The position numbers and the translations under genes were made by a program. Of a stretch of DNA of 64,000 nucleotides, positions 19,790-30,252 are shown piece after piece. Within the stretch, counting starts at the first letter, position 1. Each line of letters opens with the position of its first letter. The notes under the pieces are model-generated. The model was not told the DNA's origin. It made no database searches and saw nothing but the letters and a program-made list of their open reading frames with translations. Origin of the DNA: Candidatus Lustribacter sp. (GTDB taxonomy: Bacteria > Vulcanimicrobiota > Vulcanimicrobiia > Vulcanimicrobiales > Vulcanimicrobiaceae); contig OZ255842.1 of the NCBI GenBank assembly GCA_965277805.1, positions 1,536,001 through 1,600,000 of the forward strand, in the 5' to 3' direction.

Positions 19790-20731
19790 ATGAAACGCTC
19801 TCGGGCCATCGCCGTGACCAGCGCGGCCGCGCTGTTTCCGAACATCGCGCGCGCTCAAGATATGCCTAAGCTGCGGGTCGGCTATTCGCCGGCGGGCGAG
19901 TCGCTCGCGCAGGGCATCTACGCAGCCGACGGCGGTTTCTTTGCGAAGGCCGGCATCGACGTCGAACTGATCCCCGTGACCAACGGAGGCGCGATGACCG
20001 CCGGCATCGTCGGCGGCTCGATCGACATCGGGCCGAGCAACGTCGCCTCGATGGCCGCGGCGTATGCGCACGGCCTGCGCCTCAATCTCTTCGCTCCGAG
20101 CATCATCATCTCGTCGACCGCGCCGCCTACGACGATCATCGCCGTGCGCAGCGACTCGCCGTTGCGCACCGCCAAAGACTTCGCCGGCAAGACGATCGCG
20201 TGCAGCACGTTGCGCGACCTGCAACAGGCCGCCGTGATGACGTGGCTCGACAAGAACGGCGGCGATTCCAAAGCGACGCAGTTCGCCGAGATACCGAATC
20301 CCGATCAGCTGCCGGCGCTCGCCGCCAAGCGCGTCGACGCGGCGTGCCTCGTCGAACCGTTCATCTCGACCGTCAAGAGCGATACGCGCCCGATCGCGCG
20401 GCCGTACGACAGCTTCGGCAAACAGATCATGACGTTCGGCTGGATCGCCAACAAGGCGTGGTACGACGGTAATCCGGCGCTGGTGAAAAAGGTCACCGCG
20501 GCCTTGCGCGACAGTGCCCGGTGGGCCAACGCGAACCAATCCGCCACCGCGGTCATCGAGGCCAAGTATTCCAAGGTGCCGGTCGAAACGATCGTCTCGC
20601 AGAACCGCCAACTCTTCGGCGATGGAAAGCTCGATCCGCGCCTCATCCAGCCGATCATCGATGCTGCGGCGCGCTATGGCTTCTTGCCGCAGCAGTTCGC
20701 GGCCAGCGCGCTGTTCGCGCCGGACGTCTAG
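19790..20731 (+). CDS. ABC substrate-binding protein, SsuA/THI5-like
   Basis: MKRSRAIA signal; GFFAKAGIDVEL, WLDKNGGD, VEPF. Confidence 0.85.
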   Translation: MKRSRAIAVTSAAALFPNIARAQDMPKLRVGYSPAGESLAQGIYAADGGFFAKAGIDVELIPVTNGGAMTAGIVGGSIDIGPSNVASMAAAYAHGLRLNLFAPSIIISSTAPPTTIIAVRSDSPLRTAKDFAGKTIACSTLRDLQQAAVMTWLDKNGGDSKATQFAEIPNPDQLPALAAKRVDAACLVEPFISTVKSDTRPIARPYDSFGKQIMTFGWIANKAWYDGNPALVKKVTAALRDSARWANANQSATAVIEAKYSKVPVETIVSQNRQLFGDGKLDPRLIQPIIDAAARYGFLPQQFAASALFAPDV

Positions 20732-20741
20732 GAGAAACACG

Positions 20742-21998
20742 ATGCTCAGCCGCGAGGACAACGAACTGCTCGTCCGGGTCGGACCCGGTACTCCGATGGG
20801 CAACCTATTCCGCCGCTTCTGGACGCCGGTGATGCTCGCATCGGAGCTCGGCGGTCCCGACTCGGCGCCGGTGCGCGTCGACATCCTCGGCGAAAAGCTA
20901 GTGGCGTTTCGCGATTCGGCCGGCGAGATCGGGCTGTTAGATGCATACTGTCCGCACCGGCGGGCGAACTTGTTCTGGGGCCGCAACGAAGAACACGGCT
21001 TGCGCTGCGTTTATCACGGCTGGAAGTTCGACGTGACCGGGCAGTGCGCCGATCTTCCGAACTGTCCCGAAGGCGTCAACCTCAAAGACCGCGTCACGAC
21101 CACCGCCTATCCGACAATCGAGCGCGGTGGTTTGATCTGGGCCTATCTCGGGCCGGCCGACCGCCGGCCGCCCTTCCCGAACTACGAAGGCTTCACGGTG
21201 CCCGATAGCCACCGTTTCATGCGCAAGATGATCGCGCGCGGAAACTACCTCCAACTGATGGAGGGCGACGTCGATTCGAGCCACGTGTCGTTTTTGCACA
21301 GCCGCGTCGACAACAAACCCGTTCCCGGCACCCGTGCCAACCCGAACACCTTTACCGACAAGATGCCGCGCTGGTTCCCGCAAGAGACGAGCTACGGACT
21401 GATGCTCTCGGCGCAGCGCAATGCCGGCCCGGATCACTTCCAGTGGCGCGTCAACCAGTACCTCATGCCGTATGTCACGCTGGTCGCCGCGCCGCCGGGC
21501 ATGCCGATCCTGCACCAAGTACGGGTACCCGTCGACGACGTGACCTCGATGCATTTTCGCTGCTACGTTCATCCGGACCGTCCGCTCACGGCGGAGGAAA
21601 TCGCGCAGTTCGAAGGCGGGATCATCATCCCCGAGATTGCGCCCGGCACGTTCGAGACGGTGGAGAACATGGAGAACGACTACCGCATCGACCGCGCCGA
21701 GCAGAGCGTCCATTCCTATACCGGCATCAAGTCGATCGTGGCGCAAGATCTGGCGGTCACCCAGGACCAAGGCGGCCCGATCGCCGACCGCAGCCGCGAA
21801 CTCCTCGTGAGTTCCGACCGCGCCATCATCATGCTGCGCAAACGGTTGCTGACCGCGGCCAAAGCGCTGGCAAACGGCATCGAACCGCCGGAAGCGCAGG
21901 CCACCTCGATCGCCGTTCGTCCGGGCGACTTCATGCTCGCGCGCGACGTACCGGTTGAAGACGGCGCCCGCGAGTTCCACCTGATCGGGCGCCGTTAG
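20742..21998 (+). CDS. Rieske non-heme iron oxygenase alpha subunit (phthalate 4,5-dioxygenase/LigXa-like)
   Basis: VGPGTPMG, CPHRRA...CVYHGW Rieske site, DSSHVSFLH iron site. Confidence 0.9.
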   Translation: MLSREDNELLVRVGPGTPMGNLFRRFWTPVMLASELGGPDSAPVRVDILGEKLVAFRDSAGEIGLLDAYCPHRRANLFWGRNEEHGLRCVYHGWKFDVTGQCADLPNCPEGVNLKDRVTTTAYPTIERGGLIWAYLGPADRRPPFPNYEGFTVPDSHRFMRKMIARGNYLQLMEGDVDSSHVSFLHSRVDNKPVPGTRANPNTFTDKMPRWFPQETSYGLMLSAQRNAGPDHFQWRVNQYLMPYVTLVAAPPGMPILHQVRVPVDDVTSMHFRCYVHPDRPLTAEEIAQFEGGIIIPEIAPGTFETVENMENDYRIDRAEQSVHSYTGIKSIVAQDLAVTQDQGGPIADRSRELLVSSDRAIIMLRKRLLTAAKALANGIEPPEAQATSIAVRPGDFMLARDVPVEDGAREFHLIGRR

Positions 21999-21999
21999 G

Positions 22000-23394
22000 T
22001 TAAGGAGAGAGCTCTTCCAGGGTCCGGAGTTTCGTTTCTTCGCCCATCGTCGCCATGACGATCGCGCCGAACAGCGCGACGAGCGCGAACATCACGAAAA
22101 TCGCGGTGAGCGCTTCGCCTCCCGTCGTCAGGAGCGCTCCGATGGCGAGCGGCGCGATGAAACTCGCGAGGCGATTGAGGCTGCTGCCGGCCGCGGTTCC
22201 CCAGGCGCGCATCCGCGTCGGATACTGTTCGGGCGTGAACAGATACACGCCGAGATTGTTGACGCTCATCGTCGACGTCATCCCGAAACCGAAGATGACC
22301 AGCACTTGCCAGCCGTGCAGGTGGAAGACACCGCCCGCGAGCGCCCCGCCGAGCGCGAACAAGGCCGACAAACCGAAACCCCAGGCAAACCACGGCACGC
22401 GACCCACGCGATCGATGAAGCCGGCCGTAGCATAGGCGAAGATCACTTGCAGAACCGAGCTTGCTATCGAGAGCGCGAGCGCAGACGACGTCGGCAGGCC
22501 GCCGATCTTCATCAGCAAGAGCGGTTGCCAGATCTGGAAGCCGTTGCTCACGAAATACGAGCAGAACCACTGCGTCCACACAACGAACGTGCGCTTCGCA
22601 TAACGGCCCGCAAAAAGTTCCAAGAAGCTGGTCCGCTCCTGGACCACGGGCGGTACATCGATCGGCGCCGCTAACGGAAGACCGCGGCTGCGCGCTTCTT
22701 CTTCCATCGACGTTACGATCGCGTCGGCTTCGGCCAGCCGCCCCTGCGCTGCGAGCCAACGCGGCGATTCCGGCAGCGCGAAGATCGCCACGATCGCAAC
22801 CAGTGCGGGGATGCCGCCGATGCCGAACAGCACGCGCCAGCCGAGCTCCGGGCCGACGCTGTTATAGAGCAGCAACCCCGCGAGCGGCGCCAGCACGAGG
22901 CCGTAGACGAACATCGTCTCGTAGATCATCACCCACTTGCCGCGCACCACGCTGCGGGCGTACTCGTTGAAGAGCGCAGCAGCAATCGGGACTTCCGCAC
23001 CCAAGCCCACGCCTTGAATCGCACGCGCCCAGAGCAACTCGTGTTCGTTGGAAGCCGTTGCGGCAAAGAGCGAACATGCGCCGAAGATCAGCAGCGAGGC
23101 GATGAATGCCCACTTCCGGCCGATCCGCTCGCTGAGCCAGCCGAAGCCGACTGCGCCGACGATCTGCCCCAGAAACGCCGCGCTGCCGAGGGCTCCGGCG
23201 CTCTTGAAGTCGATGTGGAAGGTCGCGATGATCATCGTCAGCGCGCCGGCGATGCTCAGCGAATCGAAGCCGTCGAAAAGGGTGCCGACGCCGAGCAGCG
23301 CCGTAATGCGCAGATGAAGCGGCAAGAACGGGAGCCGATCCATTCGGCCCGCGATCCGTTCGGGCGTGACGTCCGAAACGGACGATGCGGTCAC
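22000..23394 (-). CDS. MFS transporter (aromatic acid/sugar porter-like)
   Basis: Multiple TM helices, SERIGRK, LPESPRWL, EQYPTRMRA; GTGA overlap with upstream gene. Confidence 0.9.
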   Translation of the reverse strand: MTASSVSDVTPERIAGRMDRLPFLPLHLRITALLGVGTLFDGFDSLSIAGALTMIIATFHIDFKSAGALGSAAFLGQIVGAVGFGWLSERIGRKWAFIASLLIFGACSLFAATASNEHELLWARAIQGVGLGAEVPIAAALFNEYARSVVRGKWVMIYETMFVYGLVLAPLAGLLLYNSVGPELGWRVLFGIGGIPALVAIVAIFALPESPRWLAAQGRLAEADAIVTSMEEEARSRGLPLAAPIDVPPVVQERTSFLELFAGRYAKRTFVVWTQWFCSYFVSNGFQIWQPLLLMKIGGLPTSSALALSIASSVLQVIFAYATAGFIDRVGRVPWFAWGFGLSALFALGGALAGGVFHLHGWQVLVIFGFGMTSTMSVNNLGVYLFTPEQYPTRMRAWGTAAGSSLNRLASFIAPLAIGALLTTGGEALTAIFVMFALVALFGAIVMATMGEETKLRTLEELSP

Positions 23395-24545
23395 GTGAGG
23401 GAGGTCAACCGGTTGATCGTGTGCGAGGTGAAGCGAATCATCTCGTTCTTCGCCGGATCGCGCAGCAGCGCCATCGGTTCGCCGCCGGCTTCGACGACTG
23501 AAATCTGCTCGTCGAGCAGCTTGCGGAGCATCACGACGCCGGTGTCGGAAACGCCGAGGTGTTCGGCCGCGCGGTCGACGATCGCACCCTGCGTTTCCCA
23601 TGCCATGCGGTCTTGGCTATCGAAGTTGTTCAGCGCGTAGTCGCCGTTGGGCAGAACGTCGTCCTGCAGCACTTCGAGCGGGATCGGCGCGGGCTGCACT
23701 TCGTCGACGCCCGTCTCGTTGGGCGTGAACCACGCGACGAAGATGCGGGTACTCGTATCGTTCACCGGCGTGCGGAAGTGCTGCGTTTCGTTGATACCCA
23801 CCGGGATGCGCAAGATGTTCGGGAAGATCAACGGCGGCCGCACTTCTTCTTCGAGGTTGCCATCGCCGAGATCGTAGAAGCACCGTTTCTCGATGCCCCA
23901 CTCGCACAGCGAATATTCATACGATGCGATCGGGCGATGAAAGTAGTCCGCGCCGGGGCTCTTGAGCCCTTTGCTCAGCATCGTGTGGCCGTGCAAGTAA
24001 TACGTGTGCACCGTGTCGGCCGTGTTCTCTTGCGCCTGCAGCCAATTGCAGTTCAGCGTCGGCCGCAGCTGAAGTTTCCGTTTGCCGTCGTTGCGCACGA
24101 GCACGTCCCAACGAGGCAAGAGCGGCGCCGGCAAGGGGCCCATGTAGACGAAAAGCAATCCGCCCAGTTCCTCGACCGGATAGGCACGCTGGCGCACGCG
24201 TTCTTTGTAGGTGCTGGTCTCCGGCTCGAAGGGCTGCTCGAGGCACGCGCCGTCCGGTGCGAATTTCCAGCCGTGGTAAGCGCAGCGAATTGCATCACCT
24301 TCGACAAAACCGTAGAACAGCGAACAGCCGCGATGCGTGCAGTGCTCCGCGACGCACCCGTAACTGCCGTCCTCGCCGCGATACACGACGAGGTCTTCCG
24401 ACAGCACTGTCAAGCGCTTCTTCGGATGTTCGCTCATGAGATCGGAGGCGGGCGCGAGCGCCTGCCAATAGCGCCGCAAGAGCGCTCCACCGGGCGTCCC
24501 CGGTCCCACTTGCGTCAAGCGGGCGTTTTTCTCGGCGGTAAGCAT
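23391..24545 (-). CDS. Rieske non-heme iron oxygenase alpha subunit (phthalate dioxygenase-like)
   Basis: VGPGTPGG, CTHRGC...CAYHGW, DTVHTYYLH. Confidence 0.9.
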   Translation of the reverse strand: MLTAEKNARLTQVGPGTPGGALLRRYWQALAPASDLMSEHPKKRLTVLSEDLVVYRGEDGSYGCVAEHCTHRGCSLFYGFVEGDAIRCAYHGWKFAPDGACLEQPFEPETSTYKERVRQRAYPVEELGGLLFVYMGPLPAPLLPRWDVLVRNDGKRKLQLRPTLNCNWLQAQENTADTVHTYYLHGHTMLSKGLKSPGADYFHRPIASYEYSLCEWGIEKRCFYDLGDGNLEEEVRPPLIFPNILRIPVGINETQHFRTPVNDTSTRIFVAWFTPNETGVDEVQPAPIPLEVLQDDVLPNGDYALNNFDSQDRMAWETQGAIVDRAAEHLGVSDTGVVMLRKLLDEQISVVEAGGEPMALLRDPAKNEMIRFTSHTINRLTSLT

Positions 24546-24599
24546 CCTTCCGATCTTAGTCGCTGACCGGCAGGGTGTCAATTTTCGCGCGGCGTCGAC

Positions 24600-24959
24600 T
24601 CAGTTGCGGCGCAAACGGCCTTCTTCAGCGTCTTGTTTGTCGAGGTTCGCCTTCTGATCGTTGAGCACGTATTTGTTCGCCGCTTCGCGCTCCGCATCGC
24701 CGACGTGCTCGTCGAAATACTTGCGCAGCTCATCGTCGCTGGCGCCGCCGGCAATCAGCCCATCGAACTCATCGCGCGAGACGCCGGCGCGGTCGAGAAA
24801 TCCCATCGATAGGCCACAGTAGGCCATGTATTCGCCGTTGGTCCCGGCATGGTCGGCACGCACTTTGTCGGCCAGGCGGGCGAGCCAGCTATACCGGCCG
24901 AGCATTTCCCGGCCGCTCCGCGGAGGATCGGTATCGAGGTTTCGTACTGCGGTTGCCAC
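24600..24959 (-). CDS. DUF5069-like protein
   Basis: PRS.REMLG.Y.WLARLADKVRA...GEY..C pattern. Confidence 0.7.
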   Translation of the reverse strand: MATAVRNLDTDPPRSGREMLGRYSWLARLADKVRADHAGTNGEYMAYCGLSMGFLDRAGVSRDEFDGLIAGGASDDELRKYFDEHVGDAEREAANKYVLNDQKANLDKQDAEEGRLRRN

Positions 24960-25051
24960 GGGGGCAGTTTACCCGGCTCGCAGGCCTTCGACACATCCGC
25001 GTCTGAAGTCGCATCTCTCACTTACCGCTACCGCGCCGACCGGAGACGAAG

Positions 25052-25951
25052 ATGGAACGGAAAAAAGCCTCCGATTTCCCGCAAGAGCTCCTCGATCTGT
25101 TTCAACTCTACGTGCACGGCGAGATCGACCGTTCGGGCTTTCTGAACGGGGCCGCGAAGTTCGCCGTAGGCGGTTTGACGGCCGCGGGCCTCTTGGCCGC
25201 GCTCAAACCGAACTTCGCCTGGGCCATGCAAGTGCCGCCCGACGACAAGCGCATTCGCGTTGAATACGATACCGTTCCATCACCGCTCGGCAACGGCTCG
25301 ATCAAGGGCTACTTGGTGCGGCCGGCCGCCGCAAGTGCGAACGCGAAGGTGCCGGCAATAATCGTCATCCACGAAAATCGAGGCCTCAATCCCTACATCG
25401 AAGACGTTGCCCGCCGCTTGGGACTGCTCGGCTACACGGCGTTTGCGCCCGACGGCTTGACCAGCGTCGGAGGCTATCCGGGCGATGAGGAAAAGGCCAC
25501 TGCGCTCTTCACCACGGTCGACAAAGGCAAGATGACCGAGGATTTTGTCGCGTCGGCGAAATGGTTGAAGGCGCGACCGGAAAGCAACGGCCGCTACGGC
25601 GCCGTCGGCTTCTGTTTCGGCGGCGGCATCGCGAACACGCTGGCCGTCCGCCTGCCGGACCTCGGGGCCGCCGTGCCGTTCTACGGCACGCCGCCGGCAC
25701 CGTCGGATGTGACGGCGATCAAAGCGGCGGTGCTCGTGCACCAAGCCGGACTCGACACCAAACTTGCGGCGACGTGGCCCGGCTACGACGCGCAGTTGAC
25801 GGCGGCGCACGTGACGCACGACGGTTACATCTACGCGGGTGCCAATCACGGTTTTCACAATGACACGACGCCGCGCTACGATGCCGCCGCCGCGACGCTC
25901 GCGTGGCAGCGCACCGTGGCCTGGTTTGCGAAGTACGTGAACGCGTCCTAG
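25052..25951 (+). CDS. Dienelactone hydrolase family protein (YghX-like)
   Basis: HENRGLNPYIEDVARR, GFCFGG nucleophile, HGFHNDTTPRY. Confidence 0.9.
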   Translation: MERKKASDFPQELLDLFQLYVHGEIDRSGFLNGAAKFAVGGLTAAGLLAALKPNFAWAMQVPPDDKRIRVEYDTVPSPLGNGSIKGYLVRPAAASANAKVPAIIVIHENRGLNPYIEDVARRLGLLGYTAFAPDGLTSVGGYPGDEEKATALFTTVDKGKMTEDFVASAKWLKARPESNGRYGAVGFCFGGGIANTLAVRLPDLGAAVPFYGTPPAPSDVTAIKAAVLVHQAGLDTKLAATWPGYDAQLTAAHVTHDGYIYAGANHGFHNDTTPRYDAAAATLAWQRTVAWFAKYVNAS

Positions 25952-26886
25952 GACGCGGCGATCATCTCCGTCGCGCGCACGCGGCGTTCGGTGAACTTCT
26001 CCCGCGCGGAAAGCTCGAGCGTGGGATCGATCATATCCGCGTCGAGCGACTCGGCGTACGTCACCCGCACCATGCGATGCACGGTGGCGTCGTCGATCTT
26101 CGTGTACTTCTGCAAGATCGCGGCCGACCTGTCGTGGTTCGCGTTCGCCCAGCGCGCCGTCTGATAGATCACCGTCGCGAATGCGTGAACGGCCGCGGGG
26201 TTCTTCTTCGCCCAGTCGGCCGTCGCGAACCAGCCGCCGATCATCAGCCGTTTCCCGATCAGCTCGAACGGCTTCGCCAGCACGCGCACGTCGGCGAGGC
26301 TCGCCGCCAGCGACGGTTCGGAGATGACACCGGCAGCGATGGTGCCGCGGTTGAGGGCGGCGCTCACTTGCGAAAACGGCATCTCGATGATGTTGACTTT
26401 GGCGGGATCGGCGCCGTTCGCTTGCAGCCAAGTCACGACGGCCAGATGCGTGATGTCCTTGATGCCGGATACCGAAACCGCTTTGCCCTCGAGATCGCGG
26501 GCGCTCGTGACCGGCGAGTCTTTCGCAACGCAGAGCACGATCGTCGGCGCCGCGGCCGAATACATCCCGCCCCCGGCGATGTACACGAACGGCAAGCCGC
26601 GAATCGTGGCGTTGGCCAGCGTGATGACGCTCGAGATCCCGATGTCCAGGGCGCCCGATGCGACGCCGGTCGAGACTTGCGCGCCGTTGGCGAAGGTCGT
26701 GATCTCGGCGTCGATGCCGGCGCGCGTAAAGTAGCCGAGATCTTGCGCGTAGTAGGCCTCGGCGAAGCTGTCGTTGGCCGTGGCGCCGATCTTCAGCGGG
26801 ATGCGCGTTTGCGCCGCCGCCGGAGACGTGCGCGCGCCCGCGAGCGCAGCCGCCGTAGCGGTGAGAAAAAGCCGTCGATCGATCAC
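25948..26886 (-). CDS. ABC substrate-binding protein, SsuA/THI5-like
   Basis: Tat signal MIDRRLFL; GTGA overlap with the S9 peptidase stop. Confidence 0.85.
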   Translation of the reverse strand: MIDRRLFLTATAAALAGARTSPAAAQTRIPLKIGATANDSFAEAYYAQDLGYFTRAGIDAEITTFANGAQVSTGVASGALDIGISSVITLANATIRGLPFVYIAGGGMYSAAAPTIVLCVAKDSPVTSARDLEGKAVSVSGIKDITHLAVVTWLQANGADPAKVNIIEMPFSQVSAALNRGTIAAGVISEPSLAASLADVRVLAKPFELIGKRLMIGGWFATADWAKKNPAAVHAFATVIYQTARWANANHDRSAAILQKYTKIDDATVHRMVRVTYAESLDADMIDPTLELSAREKFTERRVRATEMIAAS

Positions 26887-29135
26887 GATTTGCGCTTCGG
26901 CAAACGCTGCGGGATTACCGCGAAGCCCGGATCGCCGAGCTGCCAGAACAGGAAGCTGTACTGATCGGCCAGCAGCGCATCGCTCTGCGCGCGTGAGGAT
27001 GCCATAAACCCGTGACCGGCATCGTAATCGACGCGTAGCAGAATCGGCCGGCCGCTGCTGCTCGCCGCTTGCAAGCGCGCCGCGAACTTGCCCAGCTCCC
27101 ACGGCGAGACGCGTGGATCGTTGATGCCGGTAATCAGCATGACGGCCGGATAGGCGACGCCGTCGCGCACTTGCAAATAGGCATCGATCGGGTAGAGGTC
27201 GTGGAAGCCGGCGGCCGTCGTCTGCGTGCCGAATTCGGGAATGTTGGGCGGTCCGTTAGGCGTGAACTCGCTGCGCAACGCATCGCTGACGCCGACGACG
27301 TCGAGCGCGGCGGCGAAGAGCTGCGGCGCTTGCGTGATCGCGCCGCCGATCGCGATACCGCCCGCACTCGTTCCCTCACCGGCAAGATGCTGCGGGCTCG
27401 TGTAATGATGCGCCACGAGCCACTTGCCGCACGCGATGAAATCGTCGATCGTGTGCTGCTTCGTTGCAAGCATCCCGGCGCGGTGCCAGTCCTCACCGTA
27501 CCAGCCGCCGCCGCGCGGGTGACAGACGGCATAGACGCCGCTGCGCTCGAGCCAAGCGAAGCGGGCCGTTTCGAAATCGGGGAAGATCTCGGTGCCGTAG
27601 GCGCCGTAGCCTTCGAGATATGCCGGATGCGAGCCGTCGAGTCTGATCCCTTTGCGATAGAGTATCGAAAGCGGAACCAGCGTTCCGTCGGCGCTCGGCG
27701 CCTGTACTTCCGCCGACGTGTACGCCGTTGCGTTGAACGGCGACGGCGGCTTCAAATCGGTTTTCACCACGGCCAGGCTCGCATCGTTGCGGTAATAGAG
27801 CAGCGTGTGGGTCCAGCCGGTGAGGCCGAACGTCGTGCCGGCAACGCGCGGATCGGTGAGCATTGCGATCAGCGAGCCGGTAAACGGCATCGGTACCATA
27901 GCCGCGGCGCCGGTGACCTTTCCGTCGTCGTCGACGGGCAGGCGCGCGATGCGCCCGAAGCCGCCGACGCGCGAACGCACGTACAGGCCGTCAGCAGAAA
28001 CGCCGACGCCTTCCACCACCGAGCGCGATGGCGCGACGATCGTTTGCGCGGCAGCCAGATCCGGCGCGGCGAGCGACGTCGCCAGCACCTTGAAGTTCGA
28101 TGCGTTCTTGTGCGAGAGCAAGTAGATCGTGGAACCGCGGAAGTCGAACGACGTGACCTCGTCGGCGACGTCGGCGATCTTTTGCCACGGCGCTTGCGCG
28201 TTGGTCACGCTCGCTGCCGGAGCGGCATAGATCGCCATCTCGTTCTGCACGCCGTTTTGCACCACCGCAAGCGTGTACGTCGATGCCGGTGACGTTACGA
28301 TCGCAACGAAGCCGGTTGCGGGCACCGGTACGGCCGGCGAAACGCCGAAGCCGCCGACGGCGACGTCGGTCTCGGGATCCTGACCGAGCACGTGCAAGAA
28401 CGTGCGCACCTTCTGTTCTTTGTCGGTCGCGGGCTCGCCCGGCGCAAGCTTGTTCTCGCGCAAGTAGTAGAACGATGCGTTATCCGGGCGCCAGCTCGAG
28501 ACGCCGTCGCGCGCGCGGCTGATCGTATCGGGCAGCGCACGTCCGGTGCCGGTCTCGATCACGTGCAGCACCGACTCTTCGGAACCGCCTTCGGAGAGGC
28601 CGTACGCGACGTACTTTGCATCGAGCGAGGGTGCGAAGTAATCGACCGTGTAGTGTTTGCTCGTGTCGGCCGTCAGTGTGTTTGGATCGATCAGCACGCG
28701 TTCGGGCGCGCCTGACGCCGGCCGCACGTAGAGCTTCGGAAGGTTCTCGCCCGGCCGCTGCTTCTCGTAGAAGTACCAATCGCCGACGCGCTGCATCTCG
28801 CCGACGACGGTGCCGGCGTTGTCGAGCTGGTGGATGCGCGCGAGCAGTTTGGTCCGCGCCGGATCGAGCCGCGCCAGCACGCTGCGCGTGTACGTGTTCT
28901 GGGCACGAAAGAACGCTTGCACGTCCGGACGCTTGAGGTCTTCGAAATAGCGGTAGCGGTCGGTCACCGTTGTTCCGAACAGATGTTGCGTCACCGGCCG
29001 CACCGGGGGCGGCGCCGGCGGCGTGGGTAATGCGGCCGGAGCCGCCGAGACGGCGGGTTGCCGCCCGGCGGTGACCGCAACGGCGACCAGCAATGCAACG
29101 GCAGCCAACGAACGAACGGGGACAAAGCGCTTCAT
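26883..29135 (-). CDS. Secreted prolyl oligopeptidase (S9A)
   Basis: GYGAYG, RGGG.YG, GTSAGG nucleophile, NDPRV, AGHG. Confidence 0.92.
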   Translation of the reverse strand: MKRFVPVRSLAAVALLVAVAVTAGRQPAVSAAPAALPTPPAPPPVRPVTQHLFGTTVTDRYRYFEDLKRPDVQAFFRAQNTYTRSVLARLDPARTKLLARIHQLDNAGTVVGEMQRVGDWYFYEKQRPGENLPKLYVRPASGAPERVLIDPNTLTADTSKHYTVDYFAPSLDAKYVAYGLSEGGSEESVLHVIETGTGRALPDTISRARDGVSSWRPDNASFYYLRENKLAPGEPATDKEQKVRTFLHVLGQDPETDVAVGGFGVSPAVPVPATGFVAIVTSPASTYTLAVVQNGVQNEMAIYAAPAASVTNAQAPWQKIADVADEVTSFDFRGSTIYLLSHKNASNFKVLATSLAAPDLAAAQTIVAPSRSVVEGVGVSADGLYVRSRVGGFGRIARLPVDDDGKVTGAAAMVPMPFTGSLIAMLTDPRVAGTTFGLTGWTHTLLYYRNDASLAVVKTDLKPPSPFNATAYTSAEVQAPSADGTLVPLSILYRKGIRLDGSHPAYLEGYGAYGTEIFPDFETARFAWLERSGVYAVCHPRGGGWYGEDWHRAGMLATKQHTIDDFIACGKWLVAHHYTSPQHLAGEGTSAGGIAIGGAITQAPQLFAAALDVVGVSDALRSEFTPNGPPNIPEFGTQTTAAGFHDLYPIDAYLQVRDGVAYPAVMLITGINDPRVSPWELGKFAARLQAASSSGRPILLRVDYDAGHGFMASSRAQSDALLADQYSFLFWQLGDPGFAVIPQRLPKRKS

Positions 29136-29175
29136 GCCTGCACGATACGCCGCCAAGCGTGCCGCCTCATGGCAA

Positions 29176-30090
29176 TCACCGCGTTGCGGCGATCACCGAG
29201 CTCGGCGGGCGCTCGATTCGCTCGAGGAACGGCTCGAGGAATTTCCCCGTCGCACCGCGCCGGTAGAGCGCCGCAAAGCGAATCCTAAGATTCGGGACGA
29301 TCGAGACGTAGTGCACGCCGCGAATCTTCACGTTGCGCGCTGCCGACGAGAGCAGCGCGACACCGAGGCCGGCGGAGACGAGGCCCAAGAGAATCTGCAC
29401 GTCGGTCGTTTCCTGAACGACGCGCGGCGTAAAACCGGCTTCCCGGCACGCCGTGATGACTTGATCGTAGACCGTCTCGCCGAATTTCGTCGGCGCGGTC
29501 ATCACGAAATCCTCAGCGGCTAATTCACCGATCGCGATTTGACGGCGCGTGGCAAAGCGATGGCCCTCGGGGATCGCTGCGGTTACCGCTTCTTCTGCGA
29601 TCGGCACCACGGCTAACCCATCGTGCTCCACTGCAATGTCGTCGGTGTAGTGGACGAAGCCGAGATCGAGCGCACCGCTTTCGAGCGCCTCGATCTGTTC
29701 GCGCGACCACATCTGCCGCAACTCGACCTTGATGTTGCTGCGGTCGCGGCGGATGCGCCGCACGGTGCGCGCGATCGGGATGAACGGAAAGATCCGGCTG
29801 AACCCAAACACGAGGCGCGTGCTCGCGGCTGCGTTCGCGACTTGCGCCGAACGGAGCGTCGCGCCGGCGGCATCGAGCGTACGCTGCGCCGGCTCGAGCG
29901 TCGCCCGCCCGAGTTCGGTGAGCACGACGCCGCGCGCGGTGCGGACGAACAATTGCCCGCCGAGTTCCGCCTCGAGCTTTTGCATCTGCGTCGTAAGGGC
30001 GGGCTGGGCGATCGCCAGCACTTCGGACGCGCGCGTGAAACTGCCCTGACCGGCGATCTCGACGAAGTAACGAAGCTGCCGAAGTTCCAT
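29176..30090 (-). CDS. LysR family transcriptional regulator
   Basis: MELRQLRYF..SFTRASE.L.IAQPALT..MQKLE. Confidence 0.95.
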   Translation of the reverse strand: MELRQLRYFVEIAGQGSFTRASEVLAIAQPALTTQMQKLEAELGGQLFVRTARGVVLTELGRATLEPAQRTLDAAGATLRSAQVANAAASTRLVFGFSRIFPFIPIARTVRRIRRDRSNIKVELRQMWSREQIEALESGALDLGFVHYTDDIAVEHDGLAVVPIAEEAVTAAIPEGHRFATRRQIAIGELAAEDFVMTAPTKFGETVYDQVITACREAGFTPRVVQETTDVQILLGLVSAGLGVALLSSAARNVKIRGVHYVSIVPNLRIRFAALYRRGATGKFLEPFLERIERPPSSVIAATR

Positions 30091-30252
30091 TAGGTCTACC
30101 TTATGCTAAAACGTCGTACGAGGCGAGTCATAACATATCGCGATAGCCCTATTCCTACCTGGATATTGGACACAGATTTTGCCCGATGGCATGATGGTCG
30201 CGGCCCGCTCAGGCCTCCAAACGAGCAGAAAGCCAAAAAAAGCAACCCCATC

